A stretch of DNA of 64,000 bases from Chryseobacterium sp. (GCF_036650535.1 NZ_JAVVZM010000008.1:16334-80333), one strand, 5' to 3'. Shown: positions 18,107 through 28,984, counted from the first letter of the stretch. Notes: generated from the letters alone by a model not told the origin. Program-made: numbers and translations.

Positions 18107-19378
18107 TTATTCAGGTTTAGCATTTTCAGCTTCTGTAATTTTTAAATTTTTAGAATAAAGCATAATGATAAATCCTGCGATCATGAACGGAATCGATAAA
18201 ATCTGTCCGGTATTTAATCCTGCAAAAGAAATAAATTCGTCACCTTGAGGTTCTTTCAAAAATTCTACAAAGAATCTGATTGCCCATAGGATGATGAAGA
18301 ATAAACCAAATAACCAACCTTGCTGATATTTTTTGTCAGTCTTTCTGTATAAGGTCCAAAGTAAAATAAACAATAAAACGTAACCTACCGCTTCAAATAA
18401 CTGAGTAGGATAACGTGGAATGGTTACACCGTATTCACTGCTTTGTTGTGGGAAAAGAATCGCAAATGGTGAACTAGGATCAACTGGTTTACCAATGATC
18501 TCTGAGTTGAAAAAATTCCCCATTCTTACAAAAGCTCCACCTATCGCAACTACAATTCCTAATCTGTCATACACCCAAAACGGATTTTTCTTGATGATTT
18601 TAAATGAATAATAAAGCGTGGTTAGAATGACAGCAATTGTTGCTCCATGACTTGCCAATCCTGAAAAACCGGTAAATTTTAAGCCGTTTTTTGTACTGAT
18701 TGGTAAGAAAACACTCCAGAAATCTTCTTTAAATAATTCAGGTTGATAAAAAATAACGTGCCCCATTCTTGCTCCTAGAATCGTCCCGATTAATGTCCAG
18801 GTAAAAATAGGCTCTACATATTTCAGGTTTACATTATCAGTTTGATACATTTTTGTCATTAAAACATATCCTATCCCAAATGCGAAAATAAACATCAAGC
18901 TATAAAAATGCAGTGTAAATGGTCCTAATTTGATTCCGGGACTAATATCCCAAATTTTAAATGGAGTTTCTAATGAAACAGTGTCGCTTGGAGCTATCGG
19001 TTTTTTAGTTTTTACTGCATATTTCAGTGTTTCAATTTTATCTTCAGAGATGTTTGAATTTTCTACAAGCTTAAAATCTTTATCAAAAAACTGATAGTTT
19101 GCGTTCTTATAATTATTGATAAGAATTGCATTAGAATGATATGGGTCTGCTTCAACATTGGTTTTGGTGAAAATAACCAAGGTATTGTCATTGGTCACTA
19201 CATCAGCAAATTTATTAATGTTTCTAAATTCTGTACTGGCATAAATTTTTACAGGTAATTCTGCAGAATTGATTTTTAATGTTCCGTCAGATAAACTGTC
19301 TTGATGATTCTGTGCAAAAAAACATTGGGTAACCAATGCAAACAGCACAAGATAAATTCGGAAGAAAGTATTACTCAT
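18107..19378 (-). CDS. lgt: Prolipoprotein diacylglyceryl transferase with a ~150-aa N-terminal extension
   Basis: HFYSLM, ILGARMGHV, SHGA, RMGNFFNSE, RYPTQLFE and RFFVEFLKE signatures. Start reassigned to ATG 19378 because the longer ORF overlaps yidD. Confidence 0.9.
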   Translation of the reverse strand: MSNTFFRIYLVLFALVTQCFFAQNHQDSLSDGTLKINSAELPVKIYASTEFRNINKFADVVTNDNTLVIFTKTNVEADPYHSNAILINNYKNANYQFFDKDFKLVENSNISEDKIETLKYAVKTKKPIAPSDTVSLETPFKIWDISPGIKLGPFTLHFYSLMFIFAFGIGYVLMTKMYQTDNVNLKYVEPIFTWTLIGTILGARMGHVIFYQPELFKEDFWSVFLPISTKNGLKFTGFSGLASHGATIAVILTTLYYSFKIIKKNPFWVYDRLGIVVAIGGAFVRMGNFFNSEIIGKPVDPSSPFAILFPQQSSEYGVTIPRYPTQLFEAVGYVLLFILLWTLYRKTDKKYQQGWLFGLFFIILWAIRFFVEFLKEPQGDEFISFAGLNTGQILSIPFMIAGFIIMLYSKNLKITEAENAKPE

Positions 19379-19403
19379 TTTTATTTGTTTATTATTGAAT
19401 ATT

Positions 19404-19646
19404 TTATTTTTTTGGAGGAACAGGGTCATAACCGCTTCCACCCCAAGGATGACATTTTGAAATTCTTTTTACACCCAGCCAAAATCCTTTAAAAATACCG
19501 TGAACCTGCAGAGATTCTACCATATAATGTGAACAGGTAGGTTCGTATCGGCAATTCTTGGGAAGTAAGGGCGAAATAAACCATTGGTAAAATTTAATAA
19601 GAATTACCAAAGGTGAAGTGATGATTTTGTTAAATGAAAGTTTCAA
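19404..19646 (-). CDS. yidD: Membrane protein insertion efficiency factor
   Basis: [10 protein letters not shown]...[17 protein letters not shown]; TTG start. Confidence 0.97.
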   Translation of the reverse strand: MKLSFNKIITSPLVILIKFYQWFISPLLPKNCRYEPTCSHYMVESLQVHGIFKGFWLGVKRISKCHPWGGSGYDPVPPKK

Positions 19647-19795
19647 AACATTGCAAAAGTAGGGTAAAAAATTGAAATTTAGTTTAAATTTGTTTGAAGT
19701 TTCAGACTGTAAACAGATGATTGGTCGGATAAATTAATCGCTTTATCAATTCTGTTTACTTTCATCAAATATTTAAAATTCAAATAGATAAAATC

Positions 19796-21073
19796 TTGAA
19801 TCACAACACTCCTTTAGCAGAAAGATTAAGACCAAAAACCTTAGATGAAGTTTTAGGGCAGGAGCATCTTACCGGTGAAAAAGGCACCATCCGGAAAATG
19901 CTGGAAAATGACGCCTTAAATTCTCTTATTCTTTGGGGACCTCCGGGAACAGGGAAAACAACTTTAGCTGAAATTATTTCGGAAAAATCAGGAAGGAAAT
20001 TTTTTAAACTTTCAGCAGTTTCCTCAGGCGTAAAAGATGTGCGCGATGTGATAGAAGATGCAAAAAAGCAGAACCTTTTTTCAGGAAAATCTCCGATTCT
20101 TTTTATTGATGAGATACATCGTTTTAATAAATCTCAACAAGATTCTCTTCTTCATGCTGTAGAAAAAGGGTGGGTGGTTCTCATTGGTGCAACTACCGAA
20201 AACCCAAGCTTTGAAGTGGTTTCGGCATTGCTTTCAAGAAGCCAGGTTTACATATTAAAAGCTTTGAGCCACGAAAAACTGGAAGAGCTTATTGATATTG
20301 CATCAGCAAGGTTTAATAAAGATGAAGGAACTGATTTTACGATTAAAGAAAAAGAAGCTTTCATACAATATTCCGGAGGCGATGGCAGAAAATTGATTAA
20401 TTCTGTGGAATTGGTACTGAATCAGTTTAAAAACTCTGATAATAAAGAAATTTCCAATGATGATGTAATGTCGGTTCTTCAGGAAACGATGGCGCTTTAT
20501 GATAAAAATGGCGAACAACATTATGATATTATTTCGGCTTTTATAAAATCAATGCGTGGAAGCGATCCGAACGGAGCAGTGTATTGGTTAGCGAGAATGA
20601 TTGCAGGCGGAGAAGATATTAAGTTTATTGCACGAAGAATGCTTATTCTTGCTTCTGAAGATATTGGTTTGGCAAACCCGAATGCTTTGGTTATTGCCAA
20701 CAGCTGTTTTCAGGCGATTAATGTTATTGGAAATCCTGAAGCAAGAATTTTACTGAGTGAAACGGCGATTTATCTTGCAGTGTCTCCAAAAAGTAATTCA
20801 GCTTATATGGCAATTAATGACGCGTTGGCTTTTGTGAAGAAAACCGGAAACCTTCCTGTTCCTTTACATTTGAGGAATGCTCCGACAAAGTTGATGAAAG
20901 ATTTAGATTATGGTAAAGAATATAAATACGCTCATTCTTTTGAAGGGAACTTTGTGAATCAGGATTTTTTGCCGGAAGAAATAAAAGATGCCAAATTCTA
21001 CGAGCCCGGAAATAACGCCACCGAAAAGAAAATCTACGACGAGCTTAAGAAAAAATGGAATAATAAATATTAG
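19796..21073 (+). CDS. rarA: Replication-associated recombination protein A
   Basis: PLAERLRP, GPPGTGKT, DEIHRF, SAFIKSMRGSD, SEDIGLA and HLRNAPT motifs. Confidence 0.97.
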   Translation: MNHNTPLAERLRPKTLDEVLGQEHLTGEKGTIRKMLENDALNSLILWGPPGTGKTTLAEIISEKSGRKFFKLSAVSSGVKDVRDVIEDAKKQNLFSGKSPILFIDEIHRFNKSQQDSLLHAVEKGWVVLIGATTENPSFEVVSALLSRSQVYILKALSHEKLEELIDIASARFNKDEGTDFTIKEKEAFIQYSGGDGRKLINSVELVLNQFKNSDNKEISNDDVMSVLQETMALYDKNGEQHYDIISAFIKSMRGSDPNGAVYWLARMIAGGEDIKFIARRMLILASEDIGLANPNALVIANSCFQAINVIGNPEARILLSETAIYLAVSPKSNSAYMAINDALAFVKKTGNLPVPLHLRNAPTKLMKDLDYGKEYKYAHSFEGNFVNQDFLPEEIKDAKFYEPGNNATEKKIYDELKKKWNNKY

Positions 21074-21127
21074 TCATAAAAAAAACGGATGTTCAAAAGA
21101 GCATCCGTTTTAAAAATATAATTTGAT

Positions 21128-21565
21128 TTATAATTTTGCTGTAGTCGTAATGAATACCGATTTTACACCATTGTAATCTTTAACTTCTACCTGCTGAGCA
21201 ATTTCAGCATATATTCTCATATTGGTGTCTTTAAATTCATAGCCTTCAATGATAACAGGAGTATCTTTAGGAATATTGTTCTGCTCATTGTATTGTGCTA
21301 AACTTACATTATCTAAAGGACCTACATTGTTTTTAAATTTAACCTCAGTCAGACCTTGGTCTGCAATAAAGCTGAATTTTTTAAGTTTTTGAGGTAAATT
21401 GGCAGCTTTGTACGCCTGCTTACTTTGTACGTATTCTTTTTGGCTTTCAAATAATGCTGTTGTACCCACCATATCTCCTAAAACAGCAAATTTTACTTTT
21501 GTGTTTTTCTGGGCAAATAGTGTTGCAGAAGCAAAGATAAATAGGGAATATAGGACTTTTTTCAT
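21128..21565 (-). CDS. Hypothetical exported protein
   Basis: Signal peptide LFA-Q; 145 aa. Confidence 0.7.
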   Translation of the reverse strand: MKKVLYSLFIFASATLFAQKNTKVKFAVLGDMVGTTALFESQKEYVQSKQAYKAANLPQKLKKFSFIADQGLTEVKFKNNVGPLDNVSLAQYNEQNNIPKDTPVIIEGYEFKDTNMRIYAEIAQQVEVKDYNGVKSVFITTTAKL

Positions 21566-21679
21566 AATTAATAATATAAACGTTAAAAACGTGATAAATA
21601 TACTTACTTTTTGTAAAATATCAAGAAGGATTTTGGATTAATTCTAAAATATTGATGAATAATAGTTTTTGAAAGGATT

Positions 21680-23881
21680 CTAAATATCTTCATCGATAGA
21701 TTTCTCATTCTTATCTACCAGATTTTTAAGCATATTTTTAAATTTCTGAAACATAAATGAACTCAGCAACAAAATAATCCCTAAGATAATAAACGCAATA
21801 ATTCTGGAAACATTATCCATCTGCCACACATCATAAAGATATAACTTGAGAATGGTAATGCCGAGTAAACCAAAACCTATTTTATTGAGTTCTGAAATAT
21901 TCTTTTTTAAGCCTGCGAAAATAAATCCGCAAGATAAAATTGCCCAAATAATAGGAAGATACAGAATACTGAAATGTTCCTGCAACTGAAAGATATTTTG
22001 ATAAGTTGTGTTATTTAAGAAAATATAAATTCGGTATAACTCAAAACTTATAGAAAGAATGCAGACCAATGAAATAATCCAATAGCTGATTTTCTCTTTT
22101 AAAAATTCAGATTGTGGAATCAGTTTTATAATTAAATAAAATAGCGGAACTAAATAAAGTAAATAAATCCCATACAACCCTAAACCAATTTCTCGGTTAA
22201 TTACTGCATAAACAATTTGTGAGCTTGAAATATGTACTATATATAAGAGGAGTAGGACATAAATCAATATGTTTTCTAAGGTTTTCGAAATGCCTACTAT
22301 TTTTTTTAAGATTAATAATAAACTTATAAAAACAATACTGTACAGAAAGCTATAGGTAATAATAATGACAAGACGCAATGACGAAAGCTGATAAATCAAT
22401 TCAAATAAAATAGAAAGGTAAATGACTCCAAAGCATAAAACTTTAAAAGCATTTTCAAAAAAATCAGTATCACTTTTTTCTTTAGTTTCTTTTTTTAATA
22501 AAATTAAATTGAAAAAACAACTTGCAATAACAACCAAGCTTGTCAGAAAAACAGGATTGAAAACGATAGTCAAATGTTTTGCATTATTTATATATTCAGT
22601 CCAGGTCATTATCTGAGATAAAATAACCAGAGGAAACAGTAGGTAAAAAAAGATTTTGAAAATACTGTGATTGGTTTTTTTCCATATATATAATAAAAGA
22701 GAAGCTTCAATTGCCCAAACACTTGTGATGAGGTGGGTTTTAAATTGTAAAGCAACAGCCAAAGTCAAAAGACTGATTCCGATTCCTGCAAAAACCGAAT
22801 AATTTCTTTCAAACTTTTTATTCTGATATTCTCTGAATGTAAAAAATGTATTCACCAACGCAAAAATAAGAGGGAAAATACTCAGCGGTTCATATCTTAA
22901 AGTACTAAATATATAGACCAATCCGATAATACTTGAAAAATTTATTAAAACCAACATTAAAATATCAAGCTTGGAAAGCTGAGTGGTTTTAAAATAATTC
23001 TGAAGTGCAAAAGCGTAAAAAATAATATAGGTAATGATATAAAACAGAATACTTATAAAATCAGTTTTTTCGACTGTCCAGAAATAAAGATAGATTGCTG
23101 TGAAAATAAAGGCAATCCAACCTACACTTTTCCAGTTTTTCAAATACACGGTAATCAGCATTCCGAAATTTAAAAGAGATAAATAAGTGAAAAGGAAAAT
23201 ATAATTGCTTTGTCCGGTGCTGATCATCAGTGGTGCTAGAAATCCTCCGAACAATGAAAAAATAATCAACGTCTCACTGTTATAGCGATAAGAAAGGAAA
23301 ATGGAGAGCAGAGTAATGGCGCAGGTAATTGCAAATGCCATGTTCTGTGTAAATAAATGATACTCTCTGAATGCAATGGTCGTCGTAAAATAGAACACTG
23401 CAATTCCGCCGCCCATAATGATAGACGAGAAAACGGTGTAGTTTTTTCTGATGAAATGAGCGGTCATGATAAGAAGAGATCCTGCCAAAAAACCAATTCC
23501 CATTCTTGCTCTTTCCCCAATCCAGTTTTTATCGATGGCGTATTTTACAAAATAGCCGATTCCCAAAACCAAAGTAAAGATTCCGATAATGGTAAGGACG
23601 TTCTGTTTTATAAAATCAAAAAGCGGAGTAAGCCAATCCTTTTCAGGTTCAGAACTATCTTCAATGGTTTCAGGAATTGGTTTTTGCTCAACTTCATTTC
23701 CATTATTGAGTAAAGTTTCAGACTTAATAGTTTCCGTGGAAGTCTGTTCTTGTTTTTCAATCTTGGCTTTGTCTTTTGATAAATCAGAAATTTTCTGTTC
23801 CAGAATTTGGATTTTTCTGTTCAGTTTTTGATAAACTAAGACAATCAATATAATGAGTATGGTGATGAGTGCGTAGATCAT
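21680..23881 (-). CDS. DUF2339-family polytopic membrane protein
   Basis: IGIFTLVLGIGYFVKYAI and FGGFLAP motifs; many TM helices; C-terminal KLYLYDVW...RIIAFIILG. Confidence 0.85.
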   Translation of the reverse strand: MIYALITILIILIVLVYQKLNRKIQILEQKISDLSKDKAKIEKQEQTSTETIKSETLLNNGNEVEQKPIPETIEDSSEPEKDWLTPLFDFIKQNVLTIIGIFTLVLGIGYFVKYAIDKNWIGERARMGIGFLAGSLLIMTAHFIRKNYTVFSSIIMGGGIAVFYFTTTIAFREYHLFTQNMAFAITCAITLLSIFLSYRYNSETLIIFSLFGGFLAPLMISTGQSNYIFLFTYLSLLNFGMLITVYLKNWKSVGWIAFIFTAIYLYFWTVEKTDFISILFYIITYIIFYAFALQNYFKTTQLSKLDILMLVLINFSSIIGLVYIFSTLRYEPLSIFPLIFALVNTFFTFREYQNKKFERNYSVFAGIGISLLTLAVALQFKTHLITSVWAIEASLLLYIWKKTNHSIFKIFFYLLFPLVILSQIMTWTEYINNAKHLTIVFNPVFLTSLVVIASCFFNLILLKKETKEKSDTDFFENAFKVLCFGVIYLSILFELIYQLSSLRLVIIITYSFLYSIVFISLLLILKKIVGISKTLENILIYVLLLLYIVHISSSQIVYAVINREIGLGLYGIYLLYLVPLFYLIIKLIPQSEFLKEKISYWIISLVCILSISFELYRIYIFLNNTTYQNIFQLQEHFSILYLPIIWAILSCGFIFAGLKKNISELNKIGFGLLGITILKLYLYDVWQMDNVSRIIAFIILGIILLLSSFMFQKFKNMLKNLVDKNEKSIDEDI

Positions 23882-23946
23882 TCATTTGATTTACTACCAA
23901 ATATAGTGATTTGAAAGTTTAACCTTTGAAAAACCTTAAGCAAGAT

Positions 23947-24366
23947 TTAATGCTCTTCTTCTTTCCAGTTTTCTTCTATTAATTTCATTAAAAAATCCGG
24001 ACATTTAATTACTTTTTGGGTTTCTGAATTTAAAAAAAATAGAGTAGTGGAAGCTTCGGTAATTTTAATTCCGTTTTCGTTGTAAATTTCATATTCAAAT
24101 TCAATTCTCACTCCCGGAATTTTTCTCATAAAAGTGTGAATTTCTAATTTTTGATCGTATAGTGCTGGTTTTAAATACTTAATTTTATAATCAGAAACCG
24201 GAAGCCAAATTCCTTGCTTCTCTATCTCGTCATAAGAGACTCCGATGCTGCGAAAAAGTTCAACGCGGCCCAGCTCAAAATACATTGCGTAATTACCGTA
24301 ATATACATATTTCATGGGGTCTGTTTCTGCGTAACGTACTCTTATTGAGTGTGTTGAGTGTATCAT
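23947..24366 (-). CDS. Acyl-CoA thioesterase (YbgC/FadM family)
   Basis: RVRYAETDPMKYVYYGNY motif. Confidence 0.92.
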   Translation of the reverse strand: MIHSTHSIRVRYAETDPMKYVYYGNYAMYFELGRVELFRSIGVSYDEIEKQGIWLPVSDYKIKYLKPALYDQKLEIHTFMRKIPGVRIEFEYEIYNENGIKITEASTTLFFLNSETQKVIKCPDFLMKLIEENWKEEEH

Positions 24367-24500
24367 TTTTAAGTCTTAATTATACATACAAATATATTTT
24401 TAAATAATCAATATGGGAATATTTTTTTATGAAAATAAAATATGAGACCTTTGTTGTCCTCCTAAAAAGACTCACTAATAGAATTAATCAGGGCATAAAA

Positions 24501-25955
24501 ATGAACGAAAATTTAATGATGATATGGCAGAAGTGCCTTCAGTTTATGCGTGACAATCTTAACGCAGCTGAAGATAATTCTGATCTTAAAAAACTTGAAA
24601 AATCTTTCGATTTACTATTCGACAAAATACAACCAATTTCATTGGTTGATAATAATCTTACGTTGATGGTACCGAGTGATTTTTACAAGGAATATATTGA
24701 AGATAATTATCTATCATTGCTTTCCGCTGCCCTAAAAAAAAATATTGGTAAAGGGGTAAAACTTTGGTATTCGGTAATGGAAAATAAACCAAGTGGTTTA
24801 GAAAAACCAGTTACCATGAATATGAAAGGGAAATCTGTTCCTACACCGAAAGTTCAAGAGACTATGCCTCAGGGATTTTCTGGGAATATTGTAAATCCTT
24901 TTGTTGTTCCGGGAATCAAAAAAGTAAATATTGATTCTAATCTTAAAGCAGATTTTTCTTTTGATAACTATGTAGAAGGGGAGAGCAATAAATTTGCTTC
25001 TACGGTTGCTAGATCAATCGCTAAAAGACCTGGAGCAACTGCTTTTAACCCTTTGTTCTTATACGGAGGTTATGGAGTTGGTAAAACACACTTAGGTCAA
25101 GCTGTAGGTCTGGAAGTAAAAAGTCAGTTTCCTGATAAAGTAGTTCTTTATTTATCTTCAGAAAAATTCATTCAACAGTTTATTTCTGCTGCAAAAGCTC
25201 ATAAACAAACCGAGTTTGCCAACTTTTATCAAATGGTAGACGTTCTGATTATTGATGATATTCAGTTCTTGTCTGGAAAATCAGCTACTCAGGATAGTTT
25301 TTTCCATATTTTTGATTATTTGCATCAAAATGGAAAGCAGATCATCCTTACTTCTGATAAGGCTCCGGTTGATATTATGGATATTCAGGACAGGATTGTT
25401 TCCCGTTTCAAATGGGGACTTTCTGCAGAAATTAAATCTCCAGATTTAAATACACGTAAACAGATTATTCAGGCTAAATTAAGCAGAGACGGTATCGTTC
25501 TTACTGATGATATGCTTGATTTCCTTGCTGCAGAAGCAAAAACCAATGTAAGAGAATTAATTGGTATCATTAATTCTGTTATCGCTTATTCTACGATTTA
25601 TAAATCAGATTTAAGTTTAGAATTATTAAAAGAAACCATCAGTAAAATTGCAGCTAACCAGAAAAAGGTCATCAATATTCCTTATATTCAGGATGTAGTT
25701 TGTGATTATTTCGGAATTAAAAAAGAGCAGCTTTTATCTAAAACAAGAAAAAGAGAAATTGCACTTCCAAGACAATTGGCAATGTATTTTTCAAAAGAAT
25801 ATACGAATGCTACTTTTAGCAAAATTGGTGAAGAAATGGGTGGTAAAGACCATTCAACGGTAATGTACGCTTGCGATACCATTAAAGATGTTTCTAAAAT
25901 CGATAAGGAAATAAAAAAATACGTAAAAGATTTAACGGAAAAAATCAAGAATTAA
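24501..25955 (+). CDS. dnaA: Chromosomal replication initiator DnaA
   Basis: NPLFLYGGYGVGKTHL, IDDIQF, RIVSRFKWGL, NVREL, PRQLAMY and GGKDHSTV motifs. Start placed at the ATG at 24501 (MNENLMMIW). Confidence 0.98.
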   Translation: MNENLMMIWQKCLQFMRDNLNAAEDNSDLKKLEKSFDLLFDKIQPISLVDNNLTLMVPSDFYKEYIEDNYLSLLSAALKKNIGKGVKLWYSVMENKPSGLEKPVTMNMKGKSVPTPKVQETMPQGFSGNIVNPFVVPGIKKVNIDSNLKADFSFDNYVEGESNKFASTVARSIAKRPGATAFNPLFLYGGYGVGKTHLGQAVGLEVKSQFPDKVVLYLSSEKFIQQFISAAKAHKQTEFANFYQMVDVLIIDDIQFLSGKSATQDSFFHIFDYLHQNGKQIILTSDKAPVDIMDIQDRIVSRFKWGLSAEIKSPDLNTRKQIIQAKLSRDGIVLTDDMLDFLAAEAKTNVRELIGIINSVIAYSTIYKSDLSLELLKETISKIAANQKKVINIPYIQDVVCDYFGIKKEQLLSKTRKREIALPRQLAMYFSKEYTNATFSKIGEEMGGKDHSTVMYACDTIKDVSKIDKEIKKYVKDLTEKIKN

Positions 25956-26058
25956 TTCTGTACAAAATATTTATAGAAAGGAGAATAGGCTTATTCTCCT
26001 TTTTTATTTAGCTTTGTTTGAAGAAAATTTTAGTTATTAAATTTTAAATGATATTGAG

Positions 26059-26529
26059 ATGAAAATTTTAATGGTCTGCCTCGGAAATATTTGCAGAAGT
26101 CCTTTAGCAGAAGGAATTATGAGATCAAAACTTCCCGAAGATTTTATAGTAGATTCAGCCGGAACAATTGATATGCATCAAGGAAGCAATCCTGATAAAA
26201 GATCAGTAAAAACTGCTGCCAAATACGGAATTGATATTTCAAAACAACTTTCAAGACCGATTACTACAGAAGACTTAAACTATTTCGATAAAATTTATTG
26301 TATGGATTTAAGCAACCTTAAAAATGTAATTTCTTTAGCTCAAAATGAAGAGCAACGAAACAAAATTTCTTTATTGATGGAAGCTGCAGATCTTGATCAC
26401 GCTTCAGGAGAAGTTCCTGATCCTTATTGGAGCGAGCTAGATGGTTTTGAACAAGTCTATCATCAGCTGGATGAAGCCTGCGAAAAAATCGCTAAAAAAC
26501 TTCTCATTTCGAAAACTCAAAACTCATAA
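26059..26529 (+). CDS. Low-molecular-weight protein-tyrosine phosphatase
   Basis: VCLGNICRSP P-loop and VPDPY motif. Confidence 0.96.
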   Translation: MKILMVCLGNICRSPLAEGIMRSKLPEDFIVDSAGTIDMHQGSNPDKRSVKTAAKYGIDISKQLSRPITTEDLNYFDKIYCMDLSNLKNVISLAQNEEQRNKISLLMEAADLDHASGEVPDPYWSELDGFEQVYHQLDEACEKIAKKLLISKTQNS

Positions 26530-26553
26530 TTTACAACTCATAACTTACCAAAA

Positions 26554-27252
26554 ATGCTTTTTCTACTTCCCGCTTATCTTTCAGAAAATACTTCAATCAG
26601 CCATTTTTCGCCTGTCATAAAAGATTACATTATGCAGACCGATTATTTTTTTGTTGAAAATGAAAAAACAGCAAGAAAAGTCGTTAAGTTTTTTGCACCG
26701 GAAAAAAAACAATCTGATCTGAAACTTTTTTTGTTGGATAAATATACCGAAAACGCTGATATCAAAGAAGCTCAGGATAGAATGCTTAATGGACAGGATT
26801 TTGGACTGCTTTCTGAAGCTGGACTTCCGTGTATTGCCGATCCAGGGAATTTAATTGTAAAATGGTGTCACGAAAAAAATATCAGAGTTATTCCTATTTC
26901 AGGACCTTCATCGATTATTTTGGCGTTAATTTCAAGTGGTTTTAATGGACAGGAATTTACTTTTAACGGATATTTACCGATTGACAAAAGCGAAAAGAAA
27001 AAGCAGATCATGCATCTGGAATCAATGGTTCAGAAAACTGGATATTCTCAGATTTTCATGGAAACACCTTATCGAAATAATGTACTTTTCGAAGATTTGA
27101 CCAAATTTTTATCTCCAAACACAAAGCTTTGTATCGCAGCAAACATCAATGACCCTGAACATGAATTGATCAAAACCAAAACAATAAAAGAGTGGCAAAA
27201 ACAAAAACCGGAACTGCATAAAATTCCAGCTGTTTTTGTCTTAGGAAAATAA
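26554..27252 (+). CDS. Tetrapyrrole-methylase-family SAM methyltransferase (RsmI-like)
   Basis: VENEKTAR, SEAGLPCIADPG, GPSSIILAL and ETPYRN motifs. Confidence 0.88.
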   Translation: MLFLLPAYLSENTSISHFSPVIKDYIMQTDYFFVENEKTARKVVKFFAPEKKQSDLKLFLLDKYTENADIKEAQDRMLNGQDFGLLSEAGLPCIADPGNLIVKWCHEKNIRVIPISGPSSIILALISSGFNGQEFTFNGYLPIDKSEKKKQIMHLESMVQKTGYSQIFMETPYRNNVLFEDLTKFLSPNTKLCIAANINDPEHELIKTKTIKEWQKQKPELHKIPAVFVLGK

Positions 27253-27391
27253 TGTTATTGCGAACCGAAGGTGAAGCAATCTTTTATAAATTAATGCCTG
27301 AAAAATATCTAAAATAATAATTTAACAGCCATTAACATCCTCTTTGCATCATTCTTGTCTACTTACAGATATAACTTTTAAAAATCAAATT

Positions 27392-27769
27392 ATGTCTGAA
27401 AAAAAATTAGCAGGACTTTGGATCGATTCCCAAAAAGCCATCGTCGTAAAAAATCATGATGCACAGAATGTCTTTAAGTTTTTTCTTTGCAGTCCGGTGA
27501 AGGCGGTGATTCAGCATGGTAACTCAAGTGAAAATGCAGGGAACAATGCAGAACAAACCAATAAAGTGAAATTCTTCAAAGAAGTAGAACACCTTCTGAC
27601 AAATTCCGAAGAGGTTTTAATTACTGGTCCCGGAACGATCCAGGAAGAACTGAAGCATTATCTTCATGATACGGCTCAGTTTAAAAATTTAAAAATTACT
27701 TTAGAATCATCTCAGCAAATGTCTGATGAACAGGTTTTAGAAACTATAAAATCGCATTTTAATGCTTAG
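27392..27769 (+). CDS. Hypothetical protein, eRF1-domain-2/host-attachment-like
   Basis: GLWIDSQKAIVV...FFKEV...VLITGPG pattern; start placed at ATG 27392. Confidence 0.6.
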   Translation: MSEKKLAGLWIDSQKAIVVKNHDAQNVFKFFLCSPVKAVIQHGNSSENAGNNAEQTNKVKFFKEVEHLLTNSEEVLITGPGTIQEELKHYLHDTAQFKNLKITLESSQQMSDEQVLETIKSHFNA

Positions 27770-27910
27770 TATAGTTTCATCTAAATAAAAAAATCCGAAT
27801 ATCATTTGATGTTCGGATTTTTTGTTTCCTTTATCTATATGAAAAATGTAATTGATATCAATTTTAAAAACTATGCTTAAAATCTAGAATTACTTTTATA
27901 TTTTTATTGA

Positions 27911-28978
27911 ATGAAAAAAAGTCTTTTAGCATTGGCATTTTTACCGTTATTCAATTTCGCTCAGGAAAACCCAAAACTGACGGATGAAATGGCGATAAAG
28001 TTATCCGAAAAACCGCTTCATTGTATCAATCAGGAATATCCGAATAAAACAGCACACATTATTAATAATGCGAATGAAGTAAGTTTGAGTCCGAAAGATC
28101 TTCATCCAAGTTTTTATGGATGTTTTGATTGGCACAGCTCAGTTCATGGTCATTGGATGTTGGTTCGATTGCTGAAAACAAAACCCAATTTATCAGTTGC
28201 TAAAGACATTGAAAAAATATTAGACAATTCATTTACAAAAGAAAATCTACAAACTGAAGCTGATTATTTTTCAAAATATCAATTGACGACAACTTTCGAA
28301 AGAACTTACGGTTGGGCTTGGTTATTAAAGTTAGATGAAGAATTAATGACCTGGAATCATCCGAAAGCTAAAATCTGGCATCAGAATCTAAAGCCTTTAA
28401 CAGATAAAATTCTAAGTTCTTGGAAAACTTATCTTCCAAAACAAACTTATCCCAATAGAACAGGAGTTCATCCAAATACAGCATTTGCAATGGTTTTTGC
28501 CTTAGATTGGGCAAAAGCAACAGGTGATAAAACTTTTGAAAACGAATTGATTGAAAAAGCAAAATATTTCTATTTAAATAATACTAAAACTCCGGCATAT
28601 CTTGAACCAGATGGTTCTGACTTTTTCTCGCCGAGTTTAGAAATCGCAGATTTAATGCGAAAAATTCTTCCTCAGAAAGAGTTTGTAAAATGGCTTGATC
28701 AATTTTATGAAAAGAGAAGTATCGAAAATATCGAGAAAATTCCTGTAGTAAGTGATTTGAGTGATTATCAAACTGTGCATTTAGTAGGTTTATCTTTTAC
28801 CAAAGCCTGGTGTATGAAAGGCATCGCAAAATCTCTTCCCGATAACCATCCGCTGAAAAAACAATTTCAAAAAACAGCTAATATCTTTTTAAACAATGGG
28901 CTTCCATTATTATTTCAAGGGAATTATGGTGGCGATCATTGGTTGGCAAGTTTTGCGGTGTATGCTTTGGAAGATTAA
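27911..28978 (+). CDS. DUF2891-family exported protein
   Basis: HPSFYGCFDWHSSVHGHW, FERTYGWAW and YGGDHWLASFA motifs. Confidence 0.9.
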   Translation: MKKSLLALAFLPLFNFAQENPKLTDEMAIKLSEKPLHCINQEYPNKTAHIINNANEVSLSPKDLHPSFYGCFDWHSSVHGHWMLVRLLKTKPNLSVAKDIEKILDNSFTKENLQTEADYFSKYQLTTTFERTYGWAWLLKLDEELMTWNHPKAKIWHQNLKPLTDKILSSWKTYLPKQTYPNRTGVHPNTAFAMVFALDWAKATGDKTFENELIEKAKYFYLNNTKTPAYLEPDGSDFFSPSLEIADLMRKILPQKEFVKWLDQFYEKRSIENIEKIPVVSDLSDYQTVHLVGLSFTKAWCMKGIAKSLPDNHPLKKQFQKTANIFLNNGLPLLFQGNYGGDHWLASFAVYALED

Positions 28979-28984
28979 ATTTTA

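Noticed and set aside
18107-19441. Longer 444-aa start for lgt, and similar upstream starts for dnaA (24429), 27344, 46589 and 42978
   Set aside because: The extensions overlap neighbouring genes or promoter regions and lack homology-like content; downstream ATGs fit better.
24367-24500. oriC next to dnaA
   Set aside because: No TTATCCACA-type box cluster is seen on either side of dnaA and dnaN is not adjacent; dnaA is commonly unlinked from oriC in Bacteroidota.
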